The notes: generated by a model from the sequence alone, not told the origin. Numbered from the stretch's first letter, positions 1 to 8,186 are shown. The stretch is 35,646 nucleotides of DNA from a virus (IMGVR_UViG_3300033555_000015:1-35646); one strand, 5' to 3'. Numbers and translations: made by a program.

Positions 1-68
1 GTATAGAGCGCCCTCGTCGGGGACAGCGGTGCAGCCCCGGACGCAGGAAACCCCGCAGCACGTGTGTG

Positions 69-338
69 CTACGGGGTTAGATGATAGAGGATGTCTTGCA
101 GTTGTGATCTGGTTAGGACGTTGTTTGGACCCTTGAGGATCTCAGCCTCTACAGCGGAGAGGACCTCGCGGGTTACGGCATGTAAGAGGATGTACCGGGG
201 GACTTCTCCGAAGTACATCTCCTCATCCGAGACGGAGGTTCTCATCTTTAGGGCGTACTCGGCTTCGAGGTCATCTACCGCATCATTGAGACTATCCCGG
301 AGACGCCTTCGGGGGCTAGAGGACGGGGGAGAAGTCAA
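69..338 (-). CDS. hypothetical protein
   Basis: 89-aa ORF in the packed minus-strand run; TTG start uncertain. Confidence 0.55.
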   Translation of the reverse strand: MTSPPSSSPRRRLRDSLNDAVDDLEAEYALKMRTSVSDEEMYFGEVPRYILLHAVTREVLSAVEAEILKGPNNVLTRSQLQDILYHLTP

Positions 339-540
339 TGATCATCTTCCCATCCACGGCTGCCCTGATGACGGCCCCAGGGCGCTCCTGAGCGAGCCTG
401 CGGGCTGTCTTGTTCTTGGCCAGCAGCTTGAGGACACCGCCCGATGTTTCGAGTTCGATGTCCGTAAACGCCGGAGCGGAACGTGAGCCCTCATCTACCT
501 GGAGGGAGAGGATTTTCCCCGAGACGGTTTTCGGGGTCAT
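316..540 (-). CDS. hypothetical protein (small beta-rich, possibly OB-fold-like)
   Basis: 74-aa ORF; ATGA overlap with the upstream gene. Confidence 0.65.
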   Translation of the reverse strand: MTPKTVSGKILSLQVDEGSRSAPAFTDIELETSGGVLKLLAKNKTARRLAQERPGAVIRAAVDGKMIIDFSPVL

Positions 541-767
541 GGCCAGAGACAGACGTGCGTAGCCTCAGCGATGGGGATGATGGTCTCACTGCCATCCTCA
601 TCATACTCGTACGAGGAGAACTCCTGGTCCTCCGTGAAGGTGCCGTACGAGTAGTCACCGGAGAACTCGTTGTGCGCGTTGCCCTCTTCATCTGCGGAGA
701 GGACCACGAGCAGATCCGGGTTCAGCCCGCTGAGCAGGGTTATGAGTTCTTTCACTGTAGTAGCCAT
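537..767 (-). CDS. hypothetical acidic protein
   Basis: 76-aa ORF (TVKELI...SADEEGN); leaderless promoter TTGCGC-17-TAAGGT-6-ATG. Confidence 0.75.
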   Translation of the reverse strand: MATTVKELITLLSGLNPDLLVVLSADEEGNAHNEFSGDYSYGTFTEDQEFSSYEYDEDGSETIIPIAEATHVCLWP

Positions 768-769
768 GT

Positions 770-970
770 CTATACCTTATCAGTAACCGGCGCTGGGCGC
801 AATCCTTTATCCCCTATGGCATCCAGTACATCAACTGTGGTATCCAACACACCGTAGCCATACCCCACCAGGAACGCGGCGCGCTGCCGATCCCTCTGGT
901 AGTTGTTCGTGAAGATCAGCGTCTCACTGTATTCGAGCCAGCGCTCCTCGGAAGTCTTCACTTCCGCCAC
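770..970 (-). CDS. hypothetical protein
   Basis: 66-aa ORF, GTG start, tightly packed. Confidence 0.6.
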   Translation of the reverse strand: MAEVKTSEERWLEYSETLIFTNNYQRDRQRAAFLVGYGYGVLDTTVDVLDAIGDKGLRPAPVTDKV

Positions 971-1131
971 TTAAACATCTGCGTTATCGCAAACCCAAAT
1001 ATGAACGACGCGAGGAAGAGTCCCGCGAGAGGGAAGAAGTATCCGACAGCCAGCGCCCCAATGAAGATGCCACCCCAGACCAGTATAATCGCGATGTCCA
1101 CCTGGAGATCGCTTCTCTTGTTCTCGGTCAT
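958..1131 (-). CDS. small membrane protein (2 TM)
   Basis: Translated by hand (not in the ORF track): MTENKRSDLQVDIAIILVWGGIFIGALAVGYFFPLAGLFLASFIFGFAITQMFKWRK; ATGA overlap. Confidence 0.7.
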   Translation of the reverse strand: MTENKRSDLQVDIAIILVWGGIFIGALAVGYFFPLAGLFLASFIFGFAITQMFKWRK

Positions 1132-1340
1132 GAGGTCACCACCAAGTATTTTGCAAAGGCGTAAACAACCAGTATCACGATCATCGGAATCCCCACGGCA
1201 GGGAAGCTAATGGCGAGGGCTAGCAACAGGATAGCTACGAAGATCCAGAAAAGGATTTTGCCCATCATGAACAGTACCGCACGCTCCCTCTTCCACCTCG
1301 CCCGTAGGATGCGTGTCACGCGAGCACTGCGGGTATCCAT
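1128..1340 (-). CDS. small membrane protein (2 TM)
   Basis: Hydrophobic C-terminal half; start placed at the TGATG overlap at 1340. Confidence 0.65.
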   Translation of the reverse strand: MDTRSARVTRILRARWKRERAVLFMMGKILFWIFVAILLLALAISFPAVGIPMIVILVVYAFAKYLVVTS

Positions 1341-1621
1341 CAGATGCCCCCGTCGAGCCAACGGGCAAGCGCGCCGACCTCAGCCACGATCTCGGCCTTC
1401 CGAGCCCCCAGCCAGAGCAGAAAGAGCGCCCGCTCAGTGTCCGACATGACTCGCTCCGACCGCACTTGCTTGCCTGTCATCCATTGCCTGCGTACACGAA
1501 CCTCAACAAGCTGCTCCTCTTTGTAGCTCGACCAGCGCTCGGTCATCTGAGTGCACACCTTTTCCTGGGCGCGAAGCCGATCGATCTTGGCCAGCGTCTC
1601 GCGCATCTCTGTCTCGGTCAT
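1340..1621 (-). CDS. hypothetical protein
   Basis: MTETEMRE... start at the ATGA overlap with the upstream stop. Confidence 0.65.
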   Translation of the reverse strand: MTETEMRETLAKIDRLRAQEKVCTQMTERWSSYKEEQLVEVRVRRQWMTGKQVRSERVMSDTERALFLLWLGARKAEIVAEVGALARWLDGGI

Positions 1622-2127
1622 TCGGTCACACCCTCGGAGAGGATGGTCCACTGGGACTCGGTCCGGAAATCGCTGTCCGGCCAGAGCCGCGTCTGTGCGG
1701 CCTTGTCTGAGACCCAGCCATTGGGGGTAACCTTGATGTACGTCGTGGTGTGTCCACGCACGACAGCCCCGAGCCCGAGCTTAGCAACACGTTCGGAGAA
1801 CGTCGGCTTTCGATGGGCTTCGTCGTAGACCTGGAGAGCCTGGCGGGTATCGAAAGCAATCTTCCGTGCCGCTGTCATTCGTGCAGTGCGCTTCTCATAT
1901 CGGGCATACGCCTTGTCGGCTGCCTCCACCAGGCGATCACGCTCGTTCACCAGTTCGAGGTCATAGTTGTAGACCCCCAGTCGTGCGCCCTTGCCCGCCG
2001 CATACTGAGGAGTCGTGTGTGTAACGATGAATCGCGTGCCTACAGGCACATTGAGGGTGGAGCCGTCGAGGTCTCGTACGCGCTCGACGTGGTCACCTAT
2101 GTTGAACTGTGCAGTGTTTGATGTCAT
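1618..2127 (-). CDS. hypothetical protein (SH3-like N-terminus plus coiled coil)
   Basis: Start MTSNTAQFNIGDHVERV at 2127 is supported by a leaderless promoter; the longer ORF-track extension overlaps the next gene. Confidence 0.7.
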   Translation of the reverse strand: MTSNTAQFNIGDHVERVRDLDGSTLNVPVGTRFIVTHTTPQYAAGKGARLGVYNYDLELVNERDRLVEAADKAYARYEKRTARMTAARKIAFDTRQALQVYDEAHRKPTFSERVAKLGLGAVVRGHTTTYIKVTPNGWVSDKAAQTRLWPDSDFRTESQWTILSEGVTE

Positions 2128-2178
2128 AAAACAACAATACCACCCACCAGCAGAAAAATCAACTGGAGGGTGGTATTG
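2128..2178 (-). terminator. intrinsic terminator containing the complete promoter of the downstream gene
   Basis: Inverted repeat CAATACCACCC(2135-2145)/GGGTGGTATTG(2168-2178) plus CCAG/CTGG, followed by TTGTTTT on the minus strand; contains TTGATT(2157-2162)-17-TATTGT(2134-2139). Confidence 0.7.
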
Positions 2179-2185
2179 GTTGAGC

Positions 2186-3211
2186 CTATTTTGTGTAGGC
2201 GATCCCGGCGTTCTTGAGCGCCTGCTCCGCCGCAGCCAGGTCACCAGAGGACACCTTGATCGTTGACTGCGTGGGTGCGGGGGCTGGAGCCACAGCAACG
2301 GCTCCGGGAGTCTTGACCCAGAACGACTGCTTGCCCATGAATATCGAGCCCTGTCCGTAGTGGTCGATGCTGTATCCACCGAGCCACGCGTAGTTCTTGT
2401 GGAACGCGCCTGTGTTCGGGGTCCACGCGGCGTCCAGCGACTCCTCACTAACTTGCTTGGTGAAGTTACCGGAGTTTCCAGGAGCCTCACACGTTGCACC
2501 CAACTGGGCAGGCACCGGGTAGGTCCGATTGTACAGCGCCAGATGCACGTTGCGGTGGTCGAGGTGCGTATACTTCACGCACGGGTCTGACGTGTTGGCA
2601 AAGCTCGCAACCATGTTCTTGACCGGAAGATTCGGAATGCCGAACTCGGCTTTGTTCGCCAGCACCGTGTCGAGTGCCCAGTCAACTTCGGGCTCGGTCA
2701 GGTCGCCGTCTCCGAGGTTGAACGAAACAAGCGCGCCCCGATTCTGAGTGTCGTTCTGGACCACGGCTGCTCGCACTGAGCGGGCACAAGGTGTCGCATC
2801 GTCACGACAGATCGTGACCCCATTAGTCGGGAAGGCGCGGGTGGCGTACTTCGCCCCGAGAGCGCCAGGAATGGTCGGATCGGTCTTGGACATCTGCGTG
2901 AAGAATCCGGCCCATGAGTCGAGTCGTTTCGTCTCACAGGTGAGGCTCCACTTGCCGCCGTAGTTGGCACAGTAACCCGACTGCTCGCCGTTGGTCAGCA
3001 CGATGAACACCTTGTACGTGCTCGGGTCGTTCTCGACCTGCGACCACGCCTGCCACTCGTCGTCGGGGTGAGGGATCACGATGTACTGAATCTGCGTTGG
3101 AGTCGCAGCGGCTGCCGGAGCGGCGAAAACTGCGAGAGACACCACGGAGAGGAACAGCGCGGTGATAAGCGTGAGTGCTATGAACTTGAGTTTTCGTATG
3201 CCGTTTGTCAT
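2186..3211 (-). CDS. secreted PIG-L/LmbE-family N-deacetylase-like protein
   Basis: N-terminal signal peptide (..AVFAAPAAAA), IPHPDDE zinc motif, LTNGE, LGDGDL, HLDHR second motif; several cysteines. Confidence 0.75.
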   Translation of the reverse strand: MTNGIRKLKFIALTLITALFLSVVSLAVFAAPAAAATPTQIQYIVIPHPDDEWQAWSQVENDPSTYKVFIVLTNGEQSGYCANYGGKWSLTCETKRLDSWAGFFTQMSKTDPTIPGALGAKYATRAFPTNGVTICRDDATPCARSVRAAVVQNDTQNRGALVSFNLGDGDLTEPEVDWALDTVLANKAEFGIPNLPVKNMVASFANTSDPCVKYTHLDHRNVHLALYNRTYPVPAQLGATCEAPGNSGNFTKQVSEESLDAAWTPNTGAFHKNYAWLGGYSIDHYGQGSIFMGKQSFWVKTPGAVAVAPAPAPTQSTIKVSSGDLAAAEQALKNAGIAYTK

Positions 3212-3217
3212 AAGCCC

Positions 3218-3247
3218 AGCATACCATCACGTACGTTTATATGTCAA
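3218..3247 (-). promoter_or_regulatory. sigmaA-type leaderless promoter
   Basis: TTGACA-18-TATGCT-6-ATG; the -35 contains the TGA stop of the upstream gene. Confidence 0.75.
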
Positions 3248-3915
3248 GCGCCTGCAATTGGACGGCGAGCCATCCACTTGCGGGAGACGGGGACGCAGGC
3301 CTCGCCCCTCTCCTGGAGGAGTCGGGACATGTCGGCAAAGCTAATCCGGCACTCCCCATCGACACCCCAGTTCTTACCCCAGCTATTGTGCAGTTTGAAG
3401 TACTGGCCCTTGATGTTGACCCCGTGACAGAGAATAGCGTGTCCCCCGGCAAGATCGCCCTTGACTTCGAGGTAGCCCTTGTCGTTCGGATCGAACATCC
3501 CTGAGTACCAGTTGACTCCGAGAACAGCCGGACCCATGTGGCCTACGGCGTAGATAAGATCCTCAAGCCCAAAGGCCCAGCGATACTCGGGTACGTGTCC
3601 GTCAGCAGAAACGATCTTGGCACCCGCAAGCACAGAGGTCCCGGAGTAGTCTTCCCCCGCCCACTCGTCAATTAGCTGTGCGCGCTGGTAAATGTCAACA
3701 GCGGTGAACGCGCTGGAGCCGTAGACAGCGGGACGGGCGGCTAGCTCGTGAGCCCATGCGAATCCAACGCATGCGCCCTCCTGCCCCTGATCCAGGCGCG
3801 GCTCACAGCGCCACGTGTACGACCGCTGTGGCAGTGCCGTCAGGAGGGCACGAACAGGGAAGGCGCGGCTTCGCTCATCGAATTGGACAATACGGTCTAG
3901 GCGGGGATCAGTCAT
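3244..3915 (-). CDS. papain-like (C1 family) cysteine peptidase
   Basis: LDQGQEGACVGFA (Gln...Cys), GGHAI (His), HNSWG (Asn) catalytic motifs. Confidence 0.85.
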   Translation of the reverse strand: MTDPRLDRIVQFDERSRAFPVRALLTALPQRSYTWRCEPRLDQGQEGACVGFAWAHELAARPAVYGSSAFTAVDIYQRAQLIDEWAGEDYSGTSVLAGAKIVSADGHVPEYRWAFGLEDLIYAVGHMGPAVLGVNWYSGMFDPNDKGYLEVKGDLAGGHAILCHGVNIKGQYFKLHNSWGKNWGVDGECRISFADMSRLLQERGEACVPVSRKWMARRPIAGA

Positions 3916-3927
3916 TCTCTAAGTGTA

Positions 3928-4095
3928 TCAGTCCTGGATTTTGTCAATCTCGATGATCTGCTCCAGAGTGATGTCGAAGTCCGTGAACTCGTGCTCATCG
4001 CCCTCCTCATTGTCGTACGCGTAGATGATGGCAAAGAACTTTGTTGCCCCCATGCTCTCCGCGTGCTCTCGGAGAAACTTTTCGCCTAGCATCAT
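3928..4095 (-). CDS. hypothetical acidic protein
   Basis: Translated by hand, 55 aa: MMLGEKFLREHAESMGATKFFAIIYAYDNEEGDEHEFTDFDITLEQIIEIDKIQD; ATGA overlap; fills the gap. Confidence 0.65.
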   Translation of the reverse strand: MMLGEKFLREHAESMGATKFFAIIYAYDNEEGDEHEFTDFDITLEQIIEIDKIQD

Positions 4096-4391
4096 TGAGA
4101 CACCACCAGGAACGGAATCCAGCCCTGGACCGGCTCGGAGGACTGCATGGCCTCAGGCCACGGATAGTCCGCCATCTCGGGAGACAGGAGTTCCGGGTCA
4201 CCCCAAGCTACAGGGGATTCGACCCATTCTCTTTCGGGTACTGCCCACTCCTCCCAGTGCAATAGACCTGTGTCGTCCGCGAGGTAGGTGTTGTACGCAC
4301 TCGTGGCCACCTTCGCATCGTGGGTGCCCCACACCATGGCAAGGCCGTCTTTGGTCTCCCACGCCTGTATTGGTGTATCCTCAGTTTTCAT
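4092..4391 (-). CDS. hypothetical protein (Trp-rich, acidic)
   Basis: 99-aa ORF in the packed operon. Confidence 0.7.
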   Translation of the reverse strand: MKTEDTPIQAWETKDGLAMVWGTHDAKVATSAYNTYLADDTGLLHWEEWAVPEREWVESPVAWGDPELLSPEMADYPWPEAMQSSEPVQGWIPFLVVSQ

Positions 4392-4686
4392 GGTCCACCT
4401 TCACCCATTTGATAGTGACGACCGTCTTCTCCACAGGGGACACCTCTTCAACATCCTCGACGTTGCGGTAGTCCTCCTGGTATTCCGTCAACCCACGCTC
4501 CCACATCCACGAGTAGTGCTTGCCGGAGGGGCCGCGCGTGATTGTCTGCACGTACGTGGTCCACCGTCCCGAACCCTGTTCGCGCTCATCGACGGTCACA
4601 AATCCGTTGACCTCAGAGTCCTTATAGACTAGGTCCTCCCACTCCTCTTTGAGAAGTTCCTGGAGTGTTTCAATTTCGGTGCTCAT
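4381..4686 (-). CDS. conserved phage protein with RW...G-x-T-E-x-Q-E...EVxPVEK pattern; candidate nucleotide-signal sponge
   Basis: Start MSTEIET with AAGGAG SD and ATGA overlap; motifs GRWTT, GLTEYQE, EVSPVEKTV. Confidence 0.7.
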   Translation of the reverse strand: MSTEIETLQELLKEEWEDLVYKDSEVNGFVTVDEREQGSGRWTTYVQTITRGPSGKHYSWMWERGLTEYQEDYRNVEDVEEVSPVEKTVVTIKWVKVDHEN

Positions 4687-4859
4687 TCTTTTGACTCCTT
4701 GGTTGTGAATAAAATTTTGCCCGCACGATTTATCACGCGCGTGTCTGTCCGCCATTTGTTGGCAACCTGATACATGGTGCTTATCGGCTTGTATCCCACC
4801 GGGAACACGTCTACCCAGCCTTCCGGCGTCTCCCTTTGGATCATGCCACCGTTGCTCAC
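4683..4859 (-). CDS. hypothetical protein
   Basis: Translated by hand, 58 aa (MSNGGMIQRETPEGWVDVFPVG...TTKESKE); GTGA/ATGA overlaps at both ends. Confidence 0.65.
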   Translation of the reverse strand: MSNGGMIQRETPEGWVDVFPVGYKPISTMYQVANKWRTDTRVINRAGKILFTTKESKE

Positions 4860-5269
4860 ACTACACCCCCAGGGGTCTCATTGCGAACAAACAGGATAGG
4901 TACATCGTCCTCTTCATAGAGCGTGTAGCCGAGGAATTCTCCGCCATGGCCTTCGGTGTAGGGGCTGATCCAGTCGAAGAACTTCTCCGCCTCACCACCG
5001 TAGTTCTTGATGGAGGAGTGGAAAGTGAACACGAGGTGCGCCCCCCACGGCAGGCGAGCCAGCGTAGCCCCACCCGAGAGGTGATAGTCACTGTTCATGA
5101 TAGGCAGCACCCGCCACCGGGCACAGGAGAACAGCGGGTGATCAGGCAAGTCTGCTTCGGGGGGATCCCCCGCAACGCCCTCAATCCACTTGGATATGAG
5201 GTCGATGATCTCAGCAGGGGTGTCGTCCCGCAGAACGGCCCGGAAGAACACCTCAGTGTACATGCCCAT
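4856..5269 (-). CDS. conserved hypothetical phage protein
   Basis: MGMYTE...HPLF...RW...IKNY..E.EKFFDWISPY...GY..YEE pattern, which I recognise from other phage proteins of unknown function. Confidence 0.75.
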   Translation of the reverse strand: MGMYTEVFFRAVLRDDTPAEIIDLISKWIEGVAGDPPEADLPDHPLFSCARWRVLPIMNSDYHLSGGATLARLPWGAHLVFTFHSSIKNYGGEAEKFFDWISPYTEGHGGEFLGYTLYEEDDVPILFVRNETPGGVV

Positions 5270-5538
5270 TACGTCGTCAGTCCTTTGATTTGTTGTTCGA
5301 GTTCTTCGATGCGTGCCAGCAGGGCGCGGGGATCCAGGTCAAGCTGGACGATGTGGGTTGCGGTGTAGTCGTCAAATTCGACCGAGACCCGTACCCTGTC
5401 AGCCTCTTGGATGTCTAGATTGAGGAGTAGCCTATAGAGATCATCGTGGAGAGACCAACTCAACTCATCTCCATCTACATCTCGGATGGTGATGTCACGC
5501 CGATCCCACGACACAAACGTGCCCTCGTACTCACCCAA
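5269..5538 (-). CDS. hypothetical protein
   Basis: Open frame filling the gap; TTG start at 5538 is uncertain. Confidence 0.55.
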   Translation of the reverse strand: MGEYEGTFVSWDRRDITIRDVDGDELSWSLHDDLYRLLLNLDIQEADRVRVSVEFDDYTATHIVQLDLDPRALLARIEELEQQIKGLTT

Positions 5539-6055
5539 GGGTTCGCACCCAGGCCTCGAAAGCCGGGTTGCAGAGGCACGAGAGATCGCGCTTTGCACGG
5601 ATCAGTTCGATGGCCTCGTCACCGTTGGCCACGTCCCCCGCCGCAACGAGCGCGGCAGCGACAACGAGGCTAGAGCGGTTGAGCCCAGCCTGACAGTGCA
5701 CGAATACGGGACCGAGAGCACGACGCTCGTTGACCCACTCGGCAAGCGCAGGGATCTGATCGAACGCCTGATCTGTGCTGTCGTACATCGTGACCGTGAG
5801 GGAGTCCTTGAGTTCGTGGTTGATCGTGTACTCCTCCCACTTGTAGAGGGAGAGCTTGTACTCAATGAACTCCGGCAGGACAAGACCAGTCTCGGCCCCA
5901 CCGTGCCAGAGGTTGTCAGCAACCTGGGTCATGAAGGGCATCTCGATGCGCCCGTTCCCGTGGTTGGCGAACCCATCCAGCCTGCGGATCCGGGGGTCCG
6001 TGATGGCAAGGTCGCCCCCAAGAGGGTACGCGGTGGGGTCAGAGTATGTAGTCAT
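5531..6055 (-). CDS. dual-specificity / tyrosine phosphatase-like protein
   Basis: VFVHCQAGLNRS (HCX5R), followed by AI..IR.KR and NPAF. Confidence 0.85.
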   Translation of the reverse strand: MTTYSDPTAYPLGGDLAITDPRIRRLDGFANHGNGRIEMPFMTQVADNLWHGGAETGLVLPEFIEYKLSLYKWEEYTINHELKDSLTVTMYDSTDQAFDQIPALAEWVNERRALGPVFVHCQAGLNRSSLVVAAALVAAGDVANGDEAIELIRAKRDLSCLCNPAFEAWVRTLG

Positions 6056-6061
6056 GCCTGG

Positions 6062-6090
6062 AGCTTATCATGTCTCACTAGTAAAATCAA
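6062..6090 (-). promoter_or_regulatory. leaderless promoter
   Basis: TTGATT-17-TAAGCT-6-ATG; the -35 overlaps the TGA stop at 6087. Confidence 0.7.
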
Positions 6091-6401
6091 GTAGGATCCT
6101 TTTCGTTGTCTGTGTCCTGAGATCCGGGGACTTCGGTCATGTCCGAGATCATACGGCTGACACGTTCGACCTCGTCCTGCCACGTGACACCGTGACTCAC
6201 GTGGAAGTCATCAATGGCCTCGTCGCGCTCCTTGCGCAGTTGTTCATACTCAGCCAGCACGGTTTCGATGGCGGCAGCGGCCTGAGTCAACAGTTGCTCG
6301 GTCTCGGTTTTTTGGCCATGGTAGACCCGCTGGAAGAATTTGACCTTCCGCCGCAGCGCCGCGACCAGTGCCAGCATGTTCAGCACCTCCCGGGGGCTCA
6401 T
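6087..6401 (-). CDS. hypothetical coiled-coil protein
   Basis: MSPREVLNML...; start coupled to the upstream stop. Confidence 0.65.
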   Translation of the reverse strand: MSPREVLNMLALVAALRRKVKFFQRVYHGQKTETEQLLTQAAAAIETVLAEYEQLRKERDEAIDDFHVSHGVTWQDEVERVSRMISDMTEVPGSQDTDNEKDPT

Positions 6402-6700
6402 CACTGTGCCACCTTGTCGAGAATGGCATCGAGCTTCCTGACGTGGAGGCGGGTCTTGTGCGGGTAGGTTTCGCTCTCCGGGGGTTCGAACCAGTCGTGC
6501 CTCCACTTGGCGGTTTCCGCGATGACTGCCCGCAGCCGCTCAATCTCGGCGTCCTTCTCCGCGTCGTGCGCGGCAAGCCAGCGGTCGAAGGCACGGCGAT
6601 TATTTAGTGTGTGATTGGTCAGCGGGTCGTAGTACTCGGCCTCGGGGTCATACGAATATCCGTTGCGAACATCTGTTGTGGTAGGAGAAAACTCGATCAT
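6401..6700 (-). CDS. hypothetical protein
   Basis: 99 aa with AFDRWLAAHDAE motif; leaderless promoter TTGTTT-17-TAAGAT-6-ATG. Confidence 0.75.
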   Translation of the reverse strand: MIEFSPTTTDVRNGYSYDPEAEYYDPLTNHTLNNRRAFDRWLAAHDAEKDAEIERLRAVIAETAKWRHDWFEPPESETYPHKTRLHVRKLDAILDKVAQ

Positions 6701-6724
6701 GCTCTGATCTTACTCTATCCCGGC

Positions 6725-6764
6725 AAACAAAACAAGCCCGCCCAGAGAACTGGACGGGCCTGTT
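6725..6764 (-). terminator. intrinsic terminator after the band-7 gene
   Basis: Minus strand GCCCGTCCA-gttctc-TGGGCGGGC then TTGTTTTGTTT. Confidence 0.8.
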
Positions 6765-6772
6765 AGGTGGAG

Positions 6773-7732
6773 CTACTTCTGGACGAGAACCTGTGCGTTG
6801 GATCCGTCTGTGATCACGAGGTTGCCTGCCTCAGCGAGCTTGGCCAGCGTGTCGAGGTAGCGCTGCTGGAGAACCTCGGGGGTGAGGGACTGAGTCAGAA
6901 GACGGTTGGCGTCTGCCTCAGCCTGTGCCTGAACGATCTTCTGCTGGGCGCTGACCTTGACACCTTCGAGCTTGGAGGTCTCCTTGGCCACGTCGATCTC
7001 AGCGCGCTGTGCCTCAGCGAAGGACTCACGCACCGTCTTCGGGACGCGGATCTCCTGGAGGGCTACGTCGTCAACGATGATGCCCTCGTCCGCCCACTCC
7101 TTCTCCAGCGCCTCACGGATGGCGTTCTGCACGTCATCACGCTGCGTCAGGAGTTCAAGAGTGCTGAACTTACCGGGCACTGCGCGGACGATGGATCGCA
7201 CGTCGTTGAAGAGCAGCTTGGAGCGGAGGTTTTCCTCGTTCTGGTAGTCCGAGTAGATGTCAACAACTGAGTCTGACTTGATCGAGTATCGCACGGCGAT
7301 GTCGATGTTGGACGACACACCATCAGCGTCCTGGATAGTGATCTGCGGACCATCAGCCTCGCCACCCGAGTTGTCGGACTGCTCACCAGTCTTGCCTGCA
7401 AAAACCATTCGCTGATTACGCACGTCGAATGTCACTGTCTGGACCCAGGGTGCCTTGAAGTGCAGTCCGGGGGTGTTTTCGAATCCGACGATGTTGCCGG
7501 TCACATCACGGAGCACGCTGGACTGGCCAACATCCTGCGTGAAGAACGTGGTGAAGGAGAGCAGGATCACACCGACGAGCGTGATGATACCACCGACGAC
7601 TCGGGTGACCTTGCCGACAAAACCGCGCTCTTCGTCGTAGTTGGAGGAGGCGCTGTCACCGGAGCGGAGGCTCAGGCCAATGATAAAGGCCAGGAGCCCC
7701 AGTGCAATCACGATAAACGCGAAGATGAACAT
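6773..7732 (-). CDS. band-7/SPFH (prohibitin-like) membrane protein
   Basis: Two N-terminal TM helices, PGLHFKAPW, SPFH core, AQAEADAN coiled coil; AGAAAG SD. Confidence 0.9.
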   Translation of the reverse strand: MFIFAFIVIALGLLAFIIGLSLRSGDSASSNYDEERGFVGKVTRVVGGIITLVGVILLSFTTFFTQDVGQSSVLRDVTGNIVGFENTPGLHFKAPWVQTVTFDVRNQRMVFAGKTGEQSDNSGGEADGPQITIQDADGVSSNIDIAVRYSIKSDSVVDIYSDYQNEENLRSKLLFNDVRSIVRAVPGKFSTLELLTQRDDVQNAIREALEKEWADEGIIVDDVALQEIRVPKTVRESFAEAQRAEIDVAKETSKLEGVKVSAQQKIVQAQAEADANRLLTQSLTPEVLQQRYLDTLAKLAEAGNLVITDGSNAQVLVQK

Positions 7733-7776
7733 GTGTGTCTTTCTGTAGTTGAGTGACGCTAACTGCGTCGGACATC

Positions 7777-7835
7777 AGCTTACACACATCCGGCCTCAAA
7801 TGCAAACAGCCCGCCCAAATTACTTGGACGGGCTG
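7777..7835 (-). terminator. terminator plus overlapping promoter for the band-7 gene
   Basis: CAGCCCGTCCAA-gtaat-TTGGGCGGGCTG-TTTGCATTT; the U-tract provides -35 TTGCAT-17-TAAGCT. Confidence 0.75.
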
Positions 7836-7838
7836 ACT

Positions 7839-8186
7839 TCATACGCCGTTCTGTCTCCAGTATTCGGCGGCATCTGCTGCAAAACAGCGTTTACATGGAA
7901 AATGTTTCTTATGTGTACGGCAAATAAGTTCTACCGGAGGGAGTCCAGGGTACACCGAGTCCATCGGCATCTCCTGGTGATCAGAGCCACATGAGCAGTC
8001 TTTGATCTCGGGCTCGGGCGGAGCTACCGTCTCTGCGTACTGCGAGGCGTAGAGGCTCAACTTTCTACAGCGCGTGCACTCCTTGATCCACTCGATGGGA
8101 TCTCGATTGATCCAGGCATGTCCTCGGATGCGACACCACAGATTGCGGGCGGGGTCGGTGACCCACCACTCTACCCAACTAAGCAT
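7839..8186 (-). CDS. Cys/His-rich putative zinc-binding protein
   Basis: CRIRGH..CTRC and CSCG..CRTH..PCKRC. Confidence 0.65.
   Translation of the reverse strand: MLSWVEWWVTDPARNLWCRIRGHAWINRDPIEWIKECTRCRKLSLYASQYAETVAPPEPEIKDCSCGSDHQEMPMDSVYPGLPPVELICRTHKKHFPCKRCFAADAAEYWRQNGV

Noticed and set aside
2128-2499. N-terminal extension of ORF 1618..2499
   Set aside because: Overlaps the deacetylase gene and crosses a terminator/promoter; true start is 2127
3942-3947. TTGACA as the -35 of the peptidase promoter
   Set aside because: Only 14 nt from the -10; the promoter is better explained as an extended -10 (TGA-TACACT)
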